The notes beneath the pieces are model-generated. The model saw only the letters and a list, made by a program, of their open reading frames with translations, did no database searches and was not told the DNA's origin. From Macrostomum lignano (Eukaryota), in the NCBI GenBank assembly GCA_002269645.1, contig NIVC01002607.1, forward strand, positions 1 through 64,000: a stretch of 64,000 nt of DNA. Reading direction: 5' to 3'. Below are positions 25,501 through 40,500 of the stretch, piece by piece. A program made the position numbers and the translations under genes. The first letter of the stretch is position 1, and every line of letters starts with the position of its first letter.

Positions 25501-28500
25501 TCCAAAATACTTTGCACTTTAGTTTGTGCTCATGCTCAGCTGCATTCAAGATATAACTGCCACTTTTCAGCTGGGACAAGTGCAGCTCCGACTAGCCAGG
25601 ACACTTCGAAAGTCAAAACCACTTTGGAAGATCCAGGTGAGACACCAGTCAGATTTTGAGTTGAATTACAAATTTCTTACTTCAGTAGAGTAACTTCACC
25701 CTGGTCTTTGATCTGTCATTATCAAATCACTTATCTTGCCTTTGTGTCATAAAAGATCCTGTAGTTTTAGCGAGATACGTATCATCTCCTGCGTCTACAA
25801 TGCCCTGCTGTCTAAATTTCCCCAGCTGTGTACAATTCCCCCAGCTCTCTACAATTCCCCAGCTGTCTACGATTTCTCCAGATCTCTACAATTCCCCAGC
25901 TGTCTACGATTTCTTTAGATCTCTACAATTCCCCAGCTGTCTACAACTCCCCAGCTGTCTACAATTTCCCAGCTGTCTTCAAATGCCCCGCTGTCTACAA
26001 TTCTCCACCTCTCTACAGTTTCCCAGCTGTCTACAATTATTAAAGCTGTTTACAATCCCCCATCTGTATTTAATTGCCTTGCTGTTTAAAATTCACCAGC
26101 TGTCTACAATTCCCCAACTGTCTACAATCCCCCCAACTTTCTACTGTTCCCCAATATGTGTACAAACAGTCACTCCAAAATACTTTGCACTTTAGCTTGT
26201 GCTCATGCTCAGCTGCATTCAAGATATAACTGCCACTTTTCAGCTGGGACAAATGCAGCTCCGACTAGCCAGGACACTTCGAAAGTCAAAACCACTTTGG
26301 AAGATCCAGGTGAGACACCAGTTAGATTTTGAGTTGAATTACAAATTTCTTACTTCAGTAGAGTAACTTCACCCTGGTCTTTGATCTGTCATTATCAAAT
26401 CACTAATCTTGCCTTTGTGTCATAAAAGATCCTGTAGTTTTAGCGAGATACGGATCATCTCCTGCGTCTACAATGCCCTGCTGTCTAAATTTCCCCAGCT
26501 GTGTACAATTCCTCCAGCTCTCTACAATTCCCCAGCTGTCTACGATTTCTCCAGATCTCTACAATTCCCCAGCTGTCTACGATTTCTCCAGCTCTCTACA
26601 ATTCCCAGCTGTCAACGATTTCTCCAGCTCTGTACAATTCCCCAGCTGTCTACAACTCCCCAGCTGTCTACAATTTTCCAGCTGTCTTCAAATGCTCTGC
26701 TGTCTTTAATTTCTTAGCTGTCTTTAATTACTCTGCTGTCTATAATTTCCCCAACCGCGTCTTTAATTGCCATGCTCTCTACAATTTCCTACCTGTCTAC
26801 AATTCCCTAGCTGTCTACAATTTTCCAGCTGTCCACAATTTCCCAGCTGACTTTAATTGCCATCCTGTCTACAACTTCCCAGCTGTCTGCAATTCCCCAG
26901 CTGTCTACAATTTCCCAGCTGTCTTTAATTCCCCAGCTGTCTACAATTTCCCATCTGTCTTTAATTGCCCTGCTGTCTACAATTTTCCAGCTGTCTTTAA
27001 TTGCCATCCTGTCTACAATTTCCCAGCTGTCTTTAATTGCCATCCTGTCTACAATTCCCCAGTTTTCTAAAATTCCCCAGCTGTCTACAATTTCCCAGCT
27101 GTCTTTAATTGCCATCCTGTCTACAATTTCCCAGCTGTCTGCAATTCCCCAGCTGTCTAAAATTCCCCTGCTGTCTACATTTCCCCAGCCGTCTTTAATT
27201 ACCCTGCTGTCTACATTTCCCCAGCCGTCTTTAATTGCCCTGCTGTCTACATTTCCCCAGCCGTCTTTAATTGCCCTGCTGTCTACATTTCCCCAGCCGT
27301 CTTTAATTGCCCTGCTGTCTACATTTCCCCAGCCGTCTTTAATTGCCCTGCTGTCTACATTTCCCCAGCCCTCTTTAATTGCCCTGCTGTCTACATTTCC
27401 CCAGCCGTCTTTAATTGCCCTGCTGTCTACATTTCCCCAGCCGTCTTTAATTGCCCAGCTGTCTACAATTCTCCACCTCTCTACAGTTTCCCAGCTGTCT
27501 ACAATTATTAAAGCTGTTTACAATCCCCCATCTGTATTTAATTGCCTTGCTGTTTAAAATTCACCAGCTGTCTACAATTCCCCAACTGTCTACAATTTCC
27601 CAGCTGTCTGCAATTCCCCAGCTGTCTAAAATTTCCCAGCTGTCTAAAATTCCCCAGCTGTCCAAAATTCCCCACCTGTCTTTAATTGCCCTGCTGTCTA
27701 CATTTCCCCAGCCGTCTTTAATTGCCCTGCTGTCTACATTTCCCCAGCCGTCTTTAATTGCCCTGCTGTCTACATTTCCCCAGCCGTCTTTAATTGCCCA
27801 GCTGTCTAGAATTCTCCACCTCTCTACAGTTTCCCAGCTGTCTACAATTATTAAAGCTGTTTACAATCCCCCATCTGTATTTAATTGCCTTGCTGTTTAA
27901 AATTCACCAGCTGTCTACAATTCCCCAACTGTCTACAATCCCCCCAACTTTCTACTGTTCCCCAATATGTGTACAAACATTCACTCCAAAATACTTTGCA
28001 CTTTAGTTTGTGCTCATGCTCAGCTGCATTCAAGATATAACTGCCACTTTTCAGCTGGGACAAGTGCAGCTCCGACTAGCCAGGACACTTCGAAAGTCAA
28101 AACCACTTTGGAAGATCCAGGTGAGACACCAGTCAGATTTTGAGTTGAATTACAAATTTCTTACTTCAGTAGAGTAACTTCACCCTGGTCTTTGATCTGT
28201 CATTATCAAATCACTTATCTTGCCTTTGTGTCATAAAAGATCCTGTAGTTTTAGCGAGATACGTATCATCTCCTGCGTCTACAATGCCCTGCTGTCTAAA
28301 TTTCCCCAGCTGTGTACAATTCCCCCAGCTCTCTACAATTCCCCAGCTGTCTACGATTTCTCCAGATCTCTACAATTCCCCAGCTGTCTACGATTTCTTT
28401 AGATCTCTACAATTCCCCAGCTGTCTACAACTCCCCAGCTGTCTACAATTTCCCAGCTGTCTTCAAATGCCCCGCTGTCTACAATTCTCCACCTCTCTAC

Positions 28501-31500
28501 AGTTTCCCAGCTGTCTACAATTATTAAAGCTGTTTACAATCCCCCATCTGTATTTAATTGCCTTGCTGTTTAAAATTCACCAGCTGTCTACAATTCCCCA
28601 ACTGTCTACAATCCCCCCAACTTTCTACTGTTCCCCAATATGTGTACAAACAGTCACTCCAAAATACTTTGCACTTTAGCTTGTGCTCATGCTCAGCTGC
28701 ATTCAAGATATAACTGCCACTTTTCAGCTGGGACAAATGCAGCTCCGACTAGCCAGGACACTTCGAAAGTCAAAACCACTTTGGAAGATCCAGGTGAGAC
28801 ACCAGTTAGATTTTGAGTTGAATTACAAATTTCTTACTTCAGTAGAGTAACTTCACCCTGGTCTTTGATCTGTCATTATCAAATCACTTATCTTGCCTTT
28901 GTGTCATAAAAGATCCTGTAGTTTTAGCGAGATACGTATCATCTCCTGCGTCTACAATGCCCTGCTGTCTAAATTTCCCCAGCTGTGTACAATTCCCCCA
29001 GCTCTCTACAATTCCCCAGCTGTCTACAATTTCTTTGCTGTCTTTAATTGCCCTTCTGTCTACATTTCTCCACCTGTTTTTAATTGCTCTGCTGTTTACA
29101 ATTTTCCAGCTGTTTACAATTCCCCACCTGTCTACGATTCCCCAGCTCTCTACAATTCCCCACCTGTCTACGATTCCCCAGCTCTCTACAATTCCCCAGC
29201 TGTCTACAATTCCCCAGCTGTCTACAATTCCCCAGCTGTCTTTAATTGACCAGCTGTCTACAATTTTCCAGCTGTCCACAATTTCCCAGCTGACTTTAAT
29301 TGCCATCCTGTCTACAATTTCCCAGCTGTCTGTAATTCCCCAGCTGTCTACAATTTCCCAGCTGTCTTTAATTGCCGTGCTGTCTACAAGTCCCCAGCTG
29401 TCTTTAATTGACCTGCTGTCTACAATTTCCCAGCTGTCTTTAATTGCCATCCTGTCTACAATTTCCCAGCTGTCTGCAATTCCCCAGCTGTCTAAAATTC
29501 CCCAGCTGTCTAAAATTCCCCAGCTGTCTAAAATTCCCCACCTGTCTTTAATTGCCCTGCTGTCTACATTTCCCCAGCCGTCTTTAATTGTCCTGCTGTC
29601 TACATTTCCCCAGCCGTCTTTAATTGCCCTGCTGTCTAAATTTCCCCAGCCGTCTTTAATTGCCCTGCTGTCTACATTTCCCCAGCCCTCTTTAATTGCC
29701 CTGCTGTCTACATTTCCCCAGCCGTCTTTAATTGCCCTGCTGTCTACATTTCCCCAGCCGTCTTTAATTGCCCTGCTGTCTACATTTCTCCACTTGTCTT
29801 AAACTGCCCTGCTGTTTAAAATTCACCAGCTGTTTACATTTCCTCAACTGTCTACTATCCCCCCAACTTTCTACTGTTCCCCAATATGTGTACAAACATT
29901 CACTCCAAAATACTTTGCACTTTAGCTTGTGCTCATGCTCAGCTGCATTCAAGATATAACTGCCACTTTTCAGCTGGGACAAATGCAGCTCCGACTAGCC
30001 AGGAGACTTCGAAAGTCAAAACCACTTTGGAAGATCCAGGTGAGACACCAGTTAGATTTTGAGTTGAATTACAAATTTCTTACTTCAGTAGAGTAACTTC
30101 ACCCTGGTCTTTGATCTGTCATTATCAAATCACTAATCTTGCCTTTGTGTCATAAAAGATCCTGTAGTTTTAGCGAGATACGGATCATCTCCTGCGTCTA
30201 CAATGCCCTGCTGTCTAAATTTCCCCAGCTGTGTACAATTCCCCCAGCTCTCTACAATTCCCAAGCTGTCTACGATTTCTCCAGCTCTCTACAATTCCCC
30301 AGCTGTCAACGATTTCTCCAGCTCTCTACAATTCCCCAGCTGTCTACAACTCCCCAGCTGTCTACAATTTCCCAGCTGTCTTCAAATGCCCCGCTGTCTT
30401 TAATTTCTTAGCTGTCTTTAATTACTCTGCTGTCTACAATTTCCCCAGCCGCGTCTTTAATTGCCATGCTCTCTACAATTTCCCCAGCCGCGTCTTTAAT
30501 TGCCATGCTCTCTACAATTTCTTACCTGTCTTTAATTGACCTGCTGTCTACAATTCCCCAGCAGTATACAATTTCCCACCTGTCTACAATTTCCTAGCTG
30601 TCTACAATTTCCCAGCTGTCTTTAATTGCCATCCTGTCTACAATTTCCCAGCTGTCTGCAATTCCCCAGCTGTCTAAAATTCCCCTGCTGTCTACATTTC
30701 CAAAGCCGTCTTTAATTACCCTGCTGTCTACATTTCCCCAGCCGTCTTTAATTGCCCTGCTGTCTACATTTCCCCAGCCGTCTTTAATTGCCCTGCTGTC
30801 TACATTTCCCCAGCCGTCTTTAATTGCCCTGCTGTCTACATTTCCCCAGCCGTCTTTAATTGCCCTGCTGTCTACATTTCTCCACTTGTCTTAAACTGCC
30901 CTGCTGTTTAAAATTCACCAGCTGTCTACAATTCCCCAACTGTCTACAATCCCCCCAACTTTCTACTGTTCCCCAATATGTGTACAAACATTCACTCCAA
31001 AATACTTTGCACTTTAGCTTGTGCTCATGCTCAGCTGCATTCAAGATATAACTGCCACTTTTCAGCTGGGACAAATGCAGCTCCGACTAGCCAGGAGACT
31101 TCGAAAGTCAAAACCACTTTGGAAGATCCAGGTGAGACACCAGTTAGATTTTGAGTTGAATTACAAATTTCTTACTTCAGTAGAGTAACTTCACCCTGGT
31201 CTTTGATCTGTCATTATCAAATCACTTATCTTGCCTTTGTGTCATAAAAGATCCTGTAGTTTTAGCGAGATACGTATCATCTCCTGCGTCTACAATGCCC
31301 TGCTGTCTAAATTTCCCCAGCTGTGTACAATTCCCCCAGCTCTCTACAATTCCCCAGCTGTCTACGATTTCTCCAGATCTCTACAATTCCCCAGCTGTCT
31401 ACGATTTCTCCAGATCTCTACAATTCCCCAGCTGTCAACGATTTCTCCAGCTCTCTACAATTCCCCAGCTGTCTACAACTCCCCAGCTGTCTACAATTTC

Positions 31501-34500
31501 CCAGCTGTCTTCAAATGCCCTGCTGTCTTTAATTTCTTAGCTGTCGTTAATTACTCTGCTGTCTACAATTTTCCAGCTGTCTACAATTTCCCCAGCCGCG
31601 TCTGTAATTGCCATGCTCTCTACAATTTCCTACCTGTCTTTAATTGCCCTTCTGTCTACAATTCCCCACCTGTTTTCTAATTGCTGTGCTGTCTACAATT
31701 CCTCAGGTGTCTACAATTCCCCAGCTGTCTACAATTCCCCAACTGTCTACAATCATCCCAACTATCTACCGTTTTCCAAATTGTGTACAAACATTCACTC
31801 CAAAATACTTTGCACTTTAGCTTGTGCTCATGCTCAGCTGCATTCAAGATATAACTGTCACTTTTCAGCTGGGACAAGTGCAGCTCCAAGTAGCCAGGAG
31901 ACTTTGAATGGCAAAAGCGCTCCGGAAGATCCAGGTGAGACACCAGTTAGATTTTGAGTTGAATTACAATTTTTTTACTTACCCCGGCTGCAGCGTTGAT
32001 TTTAGACTGCAAAATCAGCTCAGTGTGTCAGAAAAGTTTCCTCAGTATGTCAGAACAGTTTCCTCAGTATTTCTTGCTTCATTAGTGTCATTAAGCTGGT
32101 ATATAAACTGACACTATCAAACCATTTCAATTGTCTTCATGTCATAAATTATCCCAGTTTGAAACAGATGCATTTTCTTCAGCATGTCAAGACATGTCCT
32201 TGTCCATGTCATGACAGTTTTGCATTAGCAGATCTTATACTTAATTGCTCGCATGTACCCCGTAGCTGATGCAAATCGCTATCATCAAACTCTGCTCAGT
32301 TTTGGTTTAATTGTCCCCAACATTTTCAGTCCAATCTTTCAATGGTATTGGCTGCTATCTCATAACCAATAAAGTGAATAATGAAGTGAAACTGGAAATG
32401 AAGCAAAATATTAAAATGTCGCACCGCGTTTGCGCTCTTGAGTGTGCCAGGAAAAGTCCCTTAAAGAGATACAAATACTTCGGCCTCGCCAATGGTGACA
32501 ACTGCCTGTGTGCATCGGAACTGCCTAGGAACTCAAGTATAGTCGATAACCCTGAAGTCCATTGTTCGTATCGCTGCCCAGGAAATCACCTGCAATCGTG
32601 CGGTGGCGAGAATGCAGCAGCCTATTTTAGCGTCAGCGCAACACTGTCTTCTATGAGAAAAGGTAATTAGATTGATTGACACAGAGCTAAGGCTGCTTAT
32701 ATTAGTGATGTTCTCAAGTAAAGTCCAAGTACAAATTTACCATTTCAGATAAATTCGAGCAGGGAGCGAAGGTCTATCCGGTTATTCCAGGTGAGTGACT
32801 ACTGAATTCTTTCAGTCAAATTCTATGTTTAAGGGTCTGCTTACATTGATTGTCATCTTTCCACCATCCAAGCGGCTCTGTCTCTCGTGCATCTCATTCA
32901 GTTCTTTGTAGTCAAGCGTCTTGTGTTTATCATCGGTCTCTGGGTGGTCGTTAGTCTTCTGCCTCATCACATAAATAATTATAATTTTAGTATACCCGCA
33001 ACTGTACCTTATTCATACACATGGACTTGTGCTCAACCGTTATTTATTTTCATTTTCAGCTTCAGTTTTTCCGGAATGCTACGATAACCAACATGACTTG
33101 ACAAAGGTGTTGCAAAGTATTGTGATGTCGCACCTTGTTTGCGCCTCCGAGTGTGTGAGGCGTGATCTCTACGGGAAAAAATTCAAATATTTCGCTATCA
33201 CCGACTTCGACACTTGCTTCTGTGCATCGACATTACCCACTTTAACGGAGAAAACAAAAAATTCCTATTGTTCGTATCGGTGCCCAGGAAATCACAATCA
33301 GTCATGCGGGGGAGACCACAAGATAGCGTATTTCAACCTGAGCACAACAACTGTTCCTCCAAAAAAAGGCAAGAATTTTGTCATATTACTCCCTGTGCAT
33401 GAGCTGCTTCTGTTTCGAATGGAAACTGCTTTTCACAAACTGCTTACAATTTCCAAAGATGCTCTTCATGTCCAGCTGTCTACAATTCCACAGCTGCCTA
33501 CAATTTCACAGCTGTCTACAATTCTCCCGCTGTCTACAATTCCCCAGCTGTCTACGATTCCCCGGCAGTCTACAATTCCCAGCTATATTCAATTACCCAG
33601 CTGTCAATTCCCCAGCTACAATTCCCCAACTGTCTACAATTCCCTCGGTGTCTACATTTTCATAGCTGTCTACAATTCCCCAGCTGTCTACAATTCCCCA
33701 GCTGTCTACGATTACCCGGCAGTCTACGATTCCCCGGCAGTCTACAATTCCCTAGCTGTCTACAATTCTCCAGCTGTCTACGATTCCCCGGCAGTCTACA
33801 ATTCCCTAGCTGTCTACAATTCTCCAGCTGTCTACAACTACCCAGCTATCTACAATTCCCAGCTATCTACAATTACCCAGTTGTCAATTCCCCAGCTACA
33901 ATTCCCCAACTGTCTACAATTTCCTCGCTGTCTACATTTTCATAGCTGTCTACAATTCCCCAGCTGTCTACAATTCCCCAGCTGTCTACGATTACCCGGC
34001 AGTCTACGATTCCCCGGCAGTCTACAATTCCCTAGCTGTCTACAATTCTCCAGCTGTCTACTATTCCCCGGCAGTCTACAATTCCCTAGCTGTCTACAAT
34101 TCTCCAGCTGTCTACGATTCCCCGACAGTCTACAATTCCCTAGCTGTCTACAATTCCCCAGCTGTCTACGATTCCCCGGCAGTCTACAATTCCCTAGCTG
34201 TCTACAATTCCCTAGCTGTCTACAATTCTCCAACTGTCTACGATTCCCCTGCAGTCTACAATTCCCCAGCTGTCTACAATTCTCCAGCTGTCTACGATTC
34301 CCCGACAGTCTACAATTCCCTAGCTGTCTACAATTCTCTAGCTGTCTACGATTCCCCGACAGTCTACAATTCCCTAGCTGTCTACAATTCTCCAGCTGTC
34401 TACGATTCCCCGGCAGTCTACAATTCGTTAGCTGCCTGTTTCGATTCAAATAAAAATCTAAAATAGTTTTTCTGGCATTCCAATGACTCTCATCCAGTTA

Positions 34501-37500
34501 AGGTCATCGAAATGTTTGAGTTCATTTCTTAGATTTATTTCACTGGCCAGAAGCACCGTATCGGTTCACTTAAAATCACCCCAGCTTGATCAAACTTTCT
34601 CGAAAAATTTTATATTCTCAAATTTTCTATTATTCAGATACATACGAGCAGGGACCGTGGGTCACTCCAATTTTACCGGGTAAGTTTCCATCTGAATATT
34701 TCCGCTGTTTAAGCTGCTCTTACTTAAATTAATTAGTTTTAACCATTTCAGAAAACATATCGATGGCAGCCTGCGCTGTGAACATGATGATGGAAAATTC
34801 AGATGTGGTGTCTACTCGAAGAGGGATTCCATTTGAAACTTGCGCTCGAGGGTGTATCAATGTCGATCTTTACGACAATTACAAATATTTTTTCATTCGC
34901 GACGATAAAGAATGCGTTTGTGCACCCGAGCTTCCAGAATACTCGGATATTTATCCGGACAGTGACTGTAAAGGAAGGTGTCCTCGTATAAAAGGATCAC
35001 TCGAATTTTGCGGAAATCAAGATTTTTTGGCATTTTTCAATCTTATTCGACAAAAACCAGGCAAGTATTCGGTGACAGCTCCGGCTTTTACGATAAACAT
35101 TTGCAGCTCCTTTTTAATCCTACATTCTAAAGCATGTACTCAACTTGCTAGTATCCATGCTAGTATCGAGTAATTACAAACTCACTTCAACCTCCGCACC
35201 ACTCAGACCAGTCCAAGTCGAATCTGCCAACTCCGGATCAGCAAAAACAAAGTGAGAGAACAGATTCAAAGTTTTAATTATGAATAATATTCTTCAGCTC
35301 AAAGTAAAAGTAATTATAACCACACTGCAACGTCCGCACCACGCAGGCCAGCCCGAATCGGTTCCGGCAACTCCGGATCCCAGAGCGCAGAGCGTCACAC
35401 AAAATCCAAGTGAGAACTGCATGTCAGAACAGTTCCCTCAGCATGTCAGAACAGTTCCCTCAGCATGTCAGAACAGTTCCCTCAGCATGTCAGAACAGTT
35501 CTCTCAGCATGTCAGAACAGTTCCCTCAGCATGTCAGAACAGTTCCCTCAGCATGTCAGAACAGTTCCCTCAGCATATCAGAACAGTTCCCTCAGCATGT
35601 CAGAACAGTTCCCTCAGCATGTCAGAATAATTCCCCCAGCATGTCAGAACAGTTCCCTCAGCATGTCAGAATAATTCCCCCAGCATGTCAGAACAGTTCC
35701 CTCAGCATGCCAGACTAATTCCCCCAGCATACCAGAACAGTTCCCTCAGCATGCCAGACTAATTCCCCCAGCATACCAGAACAGTTCCCTCAGCATGCCA
35801 GACTAATTCCCCCAGCATACCAGAACAGTTTCCTCAGCATGTCAGAACAGTTCCCCAGCATACCAGAATAATTCCCTCAGCATACCAGAACAGTTCCCTC
35901 AGCATGTAAGAAAAGCCCCTACTCCTATATTGATGTAATGCTTTTCATGAAACATTGGACCACTTTTCCCCAACGGTTGCAGGAGATCCCATAGGATGCT
36001 ATTCAATATACCAAGGCTATCCGATGGCAAAGCTGGAACTAGTAAATAAAGAAAAAATGTCGCACCGCGTTTGCGCTTTCGAGTGTCGCAAGAAAAATGC
36101 CTTGAAGAAATTCAAATACTTCAGCCTCGCCTTCGGTGACAGCTGCCTGTGTGCATCGGAACTGCCCCACGACTCGTACAGGCTGAGTATCGAGAAAGAT
36201 TGTTCGATCCGCTGCCCAGCAAGTCACATGGAGTCGTGCGGTGGAGAAAGTGGAGCGGCGTATTTCAGCCTGAGCACAATAACCAACTCGCCGAACTTTG
36301 GTAAGCTGTTGGCAAATTCGATTGGAAACTGAGACTGTTGAAGGCCACTTGCCAATTCTTGATCTTCTTGCAATTTACCTTACGATTTCAGATAAATTCG
36401 AGCAGGGAGCGAAGGTCTATCCGGTTATTCCAGGTGAGTTAAACTTGAAGCTTGTCAGTCGCATAATCTGTCTCATTACAATTAACTATTATAATCTTAT
36501 GCGGATCTCATCCGCATGCACTTGTGCTCACTTGTTATTCATTTTCATTTTTAGCTTCAGATTCTCTGAAATGCTACGAAAATCGTTATGAATTGACAAA
36601 GGTGTTGCAAAGCGATGATGAGATGTCACACCTTGTTTGCGCCTCCGAGTGTGTGAGGCGTGATCTCTACGGGAAAAAATTCAAATATTTCGCCATCGCT
36701 AACGGTGACCGCTGCTTTTGCGAATCGGAACTACCTCCGGCGAAGTATAAAAGAAAACTCAACGAAAAATGTTCATATCGATGTCCGCGAAATGACAAGC
36801 AGTCATGCGGTGGTCCCGGGGGAATTGTGTATTTTAAACTGGAAATCACGAATACTCCTCCGGAATCAGGCAAGTGTTCGGTCACGTCACCGCCTGTGCA
36901 TGAGCTGATGCTGACTTGAATTCAAACCAATTTGATTCTTTTCCGTTAAAAGCCGTTTGCCCATTCGCTAATTCTCAATCGATCAGCCCCAATTCACCGT
37001 ATGCTCACCTGCCTAAAATTCTCCCAAACATCTACAATGCCCTCAGCCATCGATTCACCCAGCTCTCTTACAATTCTCACAGCTATCTGATATTCACCCA
37101 GCAGTATATAATCGCCCCAGCTGTCTACAGTTACTTAGCAATGAGGAAGTTTTGATCTCAGCTAAGAGCATCCAGCTTTTCTCCCTGGTTTCACTTCCAT
37201 CTGACTTGAAAATCCGATCGAGCTGTTGTATAATGTTTTCTACTGAGTTCACCCATGACGTCACCTTTTCAGACAAAAAGAAGCAAGGAGCGAAGGTCTA
37301 TCCAGCTATTCCTAGTGAGTTTACTATTTCCGTCTATTCTGATTCATCTTCTGTAGTTTAATATTTCTGCATGTTTTTATCAGCCACAACACTTGCTTGT
37401 GCACTTGTTTTTACCTGCAATGCATTTGATTTCAAATGTTTTAGATTCCTCATTTGAATGTTACATCGATGAATATTTAGCTAAACCCAAACTAAAATCT

Positions 37501-40500
37501 GATAATATGTCGCACCTCATTTGCGCTACCGAGTGTGTGAGGCGTGATCTCTACGGCAGATTCAAATATTTCGCCATCGCTAACGGTGACCGCTGCTTTT
37601 GCGAATCGGAACTACCTCCGGCGAAGTATAAAAGAAAACTCAACGAAAAATGTTCATATCGATGTCCGCGAAATGACAAGCAGTCATGCGGTGGTCCCGG
37701 GGGAATTGTGTATTTTAAACTGGAAATCACGAATACTCCTCCGGAATCAGGCAAGTGTTCGGTCACGTCACCGCCTGTGCATGAGCTGATGCTGACTTGA
37801 ATTCAAACCAATTTGATTCTTTTCCGTTAAAAGCCGTTTGCCCATTCGCTAATTCTCAATCGATCAGCCCCAATTCACCGTATGCTCACCTGCCTAAAAT
37901 TCTCCCAAACATCTACAATGCCCTCAGCCATCGATTCACCCAGCTCTCTTACAATTCTCACAGCTATCTGATATTCACCCAGCAGTATATAATCGCCCCA
38001 GCTGTCTACAGTTACTTAGCAATGAGGAAGTTTTGATCTCAGCTAAGAGCATCCAGCTTTTCTCCCTGGTTTCACTTCCATCTGACTTGAAAATCCGATC
38101 GAGCTGTTGTATAATGTTTTCTACTGAGTTCACCCATGACGTCACCTTTTCAGACAAAAAGAAGCAAGGAGCGAAGGTCTATCCAGCTATTCCTAGTGAG
38201 TTTACTATTTCCGTCTATTCTGATTCATCTTCTGTAGTTTAATATTTCTGCATGTTTTTATCAGCCACAACACTTGCTTGTGCACTTGTTTTTACCTGCA
38301 ATGCATTTGATTTCAAATGTTTTAGATTCCTCATTTGAATGTTACATCGATAAATATTTAGCTAAACCCAAACTAAAATCTGATAATATGTCGCACCTTG
38401 TTTGCGCTACCGAGTGTGTGAGGCGTGATCTCTACGGCAGATTCAAATATTTCGCCATCGCTAACGGTGACCGCTGCTTTTGCGAATCGGAACTACCTCC
38501 GGCGAAGTATAAAAGAAAACTCAACGAAAAATGTTCATATCGATGTCCGCGAAATGACAAGCAGTCATGCGGTGGTCCCGGGGGAATTGTGTATTTTAAA
38601 CTGGAAATCACGAATACTCCTCCGGAATCAGGCAAGTGTTCGGTCACGTCACCGCCTGTGCATGAGCTGATGCTGACTTGAATTCAAACCAATTTGATTC
38701 TTTTCCGTTAAAAGCCATTTGCCCATTCGCTAATTCTCAATCGATCAGCCCCAATTCACCGTATGCTCACCTGCCTAAAATTCTCCCAAACATCTACAAT
38801 GCCCTCAGCCATCGATTCACCCAGCTCTCTTACAATTCTCACAGCTATCTGATATTCACCCAGCAGTATATAATCGCCCCAGCTGTCTACAGTTACTTAG
38901 CAATGAGGAAGTTTTGATCTCAGCTAAGAGCATCCAGCTTTTCTCCCTGGTTTCACTTCCATCTGACTTGAAAATCCGATCGAGCTGTTGTATAATGTTT
39001 TCTACTGAGTTCACCCATGACGTCACCTTTTCAGACAAAAAGAAGCAAGGAGCGAAGGTCTATCCAGCTATTCCTAGTGAGTTTACTATTTCCGTCTATT
39101 CTGATTCATCTTCTGTAGTTTAATATTTCTGCATGTTTTTATCAGCCACAACACTTGCTTGTGCACTTGTTTTTACCTGCAATGCATTTGATTTCAAATG
39201 TTTTAGATTCCTCATTTGAATGTTACATCGATGAATATTTAGCTAAACCCAAACTAAAATCTGATAATATGTCGCACCTCATTTGCGCTACCGAGTGTGT
39301 GAGGCGTGATCTCTACGGCAGATTCAAATATTTCGCCATCGCTAACGGTGACCGCTGCTTTTGCGAATCGGAACTACCTCCGGCGAAGTATAAAAGAAAA
39401 CTCAACGAAAAATGTTCATATCGATGTCCGCGAAATGACAAGCAGTCATGCGGTGGTCCCGGGGGAATTGTGTATTTTAAACTGGAAATCACGAATACTC
39501 CTCCGGAATCAGGCAAGTGTTCGGTCACGTCACCGCCTGTGCATGAGCTGATGCTGACTTGAATTCAAACCAATTTGATTCTTTTCCGTTAAAAGCCGTT
39601 TGCCCATTCGCTAATTCTCAATCGATCAGCCCCAATTCACCGTATGCTCACCTGCCTAAAATTCTCCCAAGCATCTACAATGCCCTCAGCCATCGATTCA
39701 CCCAGCTCTCCTAAGATATTCACCCAGCTATCTGATATTCACCCAGCAGTATAAAACTGCCCCAGCTGTCTACAGTTACTATGCAATGAGGATGTTTAGT
39801 CTTAGTCAGAACTGCTAAGAGCATCCAGCTTTTCTCCCTGGTCACGTCACCGCCTGTGCATGAGCTGGTGCTGACTTGAATGCAAACAAACCAATTCGAT
39901 TCTTTTCCGTTAAGCCGTTTGCCAGTTCTCAATCGATCAGCCCCGATTCGCCCATCATTCCATTAAACTTTGCACTTTAACTTGTGCTCATGCTCAGCTG
40001 CATTAATTATTTAACTGCCACTTTTCAGCTGAGTCTACTGCAGCTCCGACTAGCCAGGAGACTCAAAAAGGCAAAGGCGCTTCGGAAGATCCAGGTTGGA
40101 CACCAGTCAGATTTTGAGTTGAATTACAAATTTCTTACTTCAGTAAAGCAACTTCACCCTGGTCTGTAATCTGTCACTATCGAATCCCTTATCTTGCCTT
40201 TCTGAGTGATCCTGCAGTTTTAGCGAGATCCGCATCATCTCCTGCGGCATTATCCCATGTCATTGTGCAACAATTCAATTCAAATTTACATACTGCAGGT
40301 CGGATTATCAACACATTTCAAACACCGTCCGGAGCCAATACGGCGCTACGTAGTACGGAAAAAAGCAGCACTTCAGAATCTCTAGCTTATTTTTAGATTA
40401 GCGATTATCCCTGCCTTCTGTTAGCCTTGATGAGCATTTCGACATTGAGCTGTCTACAATTTCCCTGCTGTCTACAATTCCCCAGCTGTCTACAATTCCC

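Noticed and set aside
20329-31680. Dozens of FPSCLQ / PAVYN / LSTIPQ ORFs
   Set aside because: Minisatellite translations; the real coding signal is the 66-nt exon.
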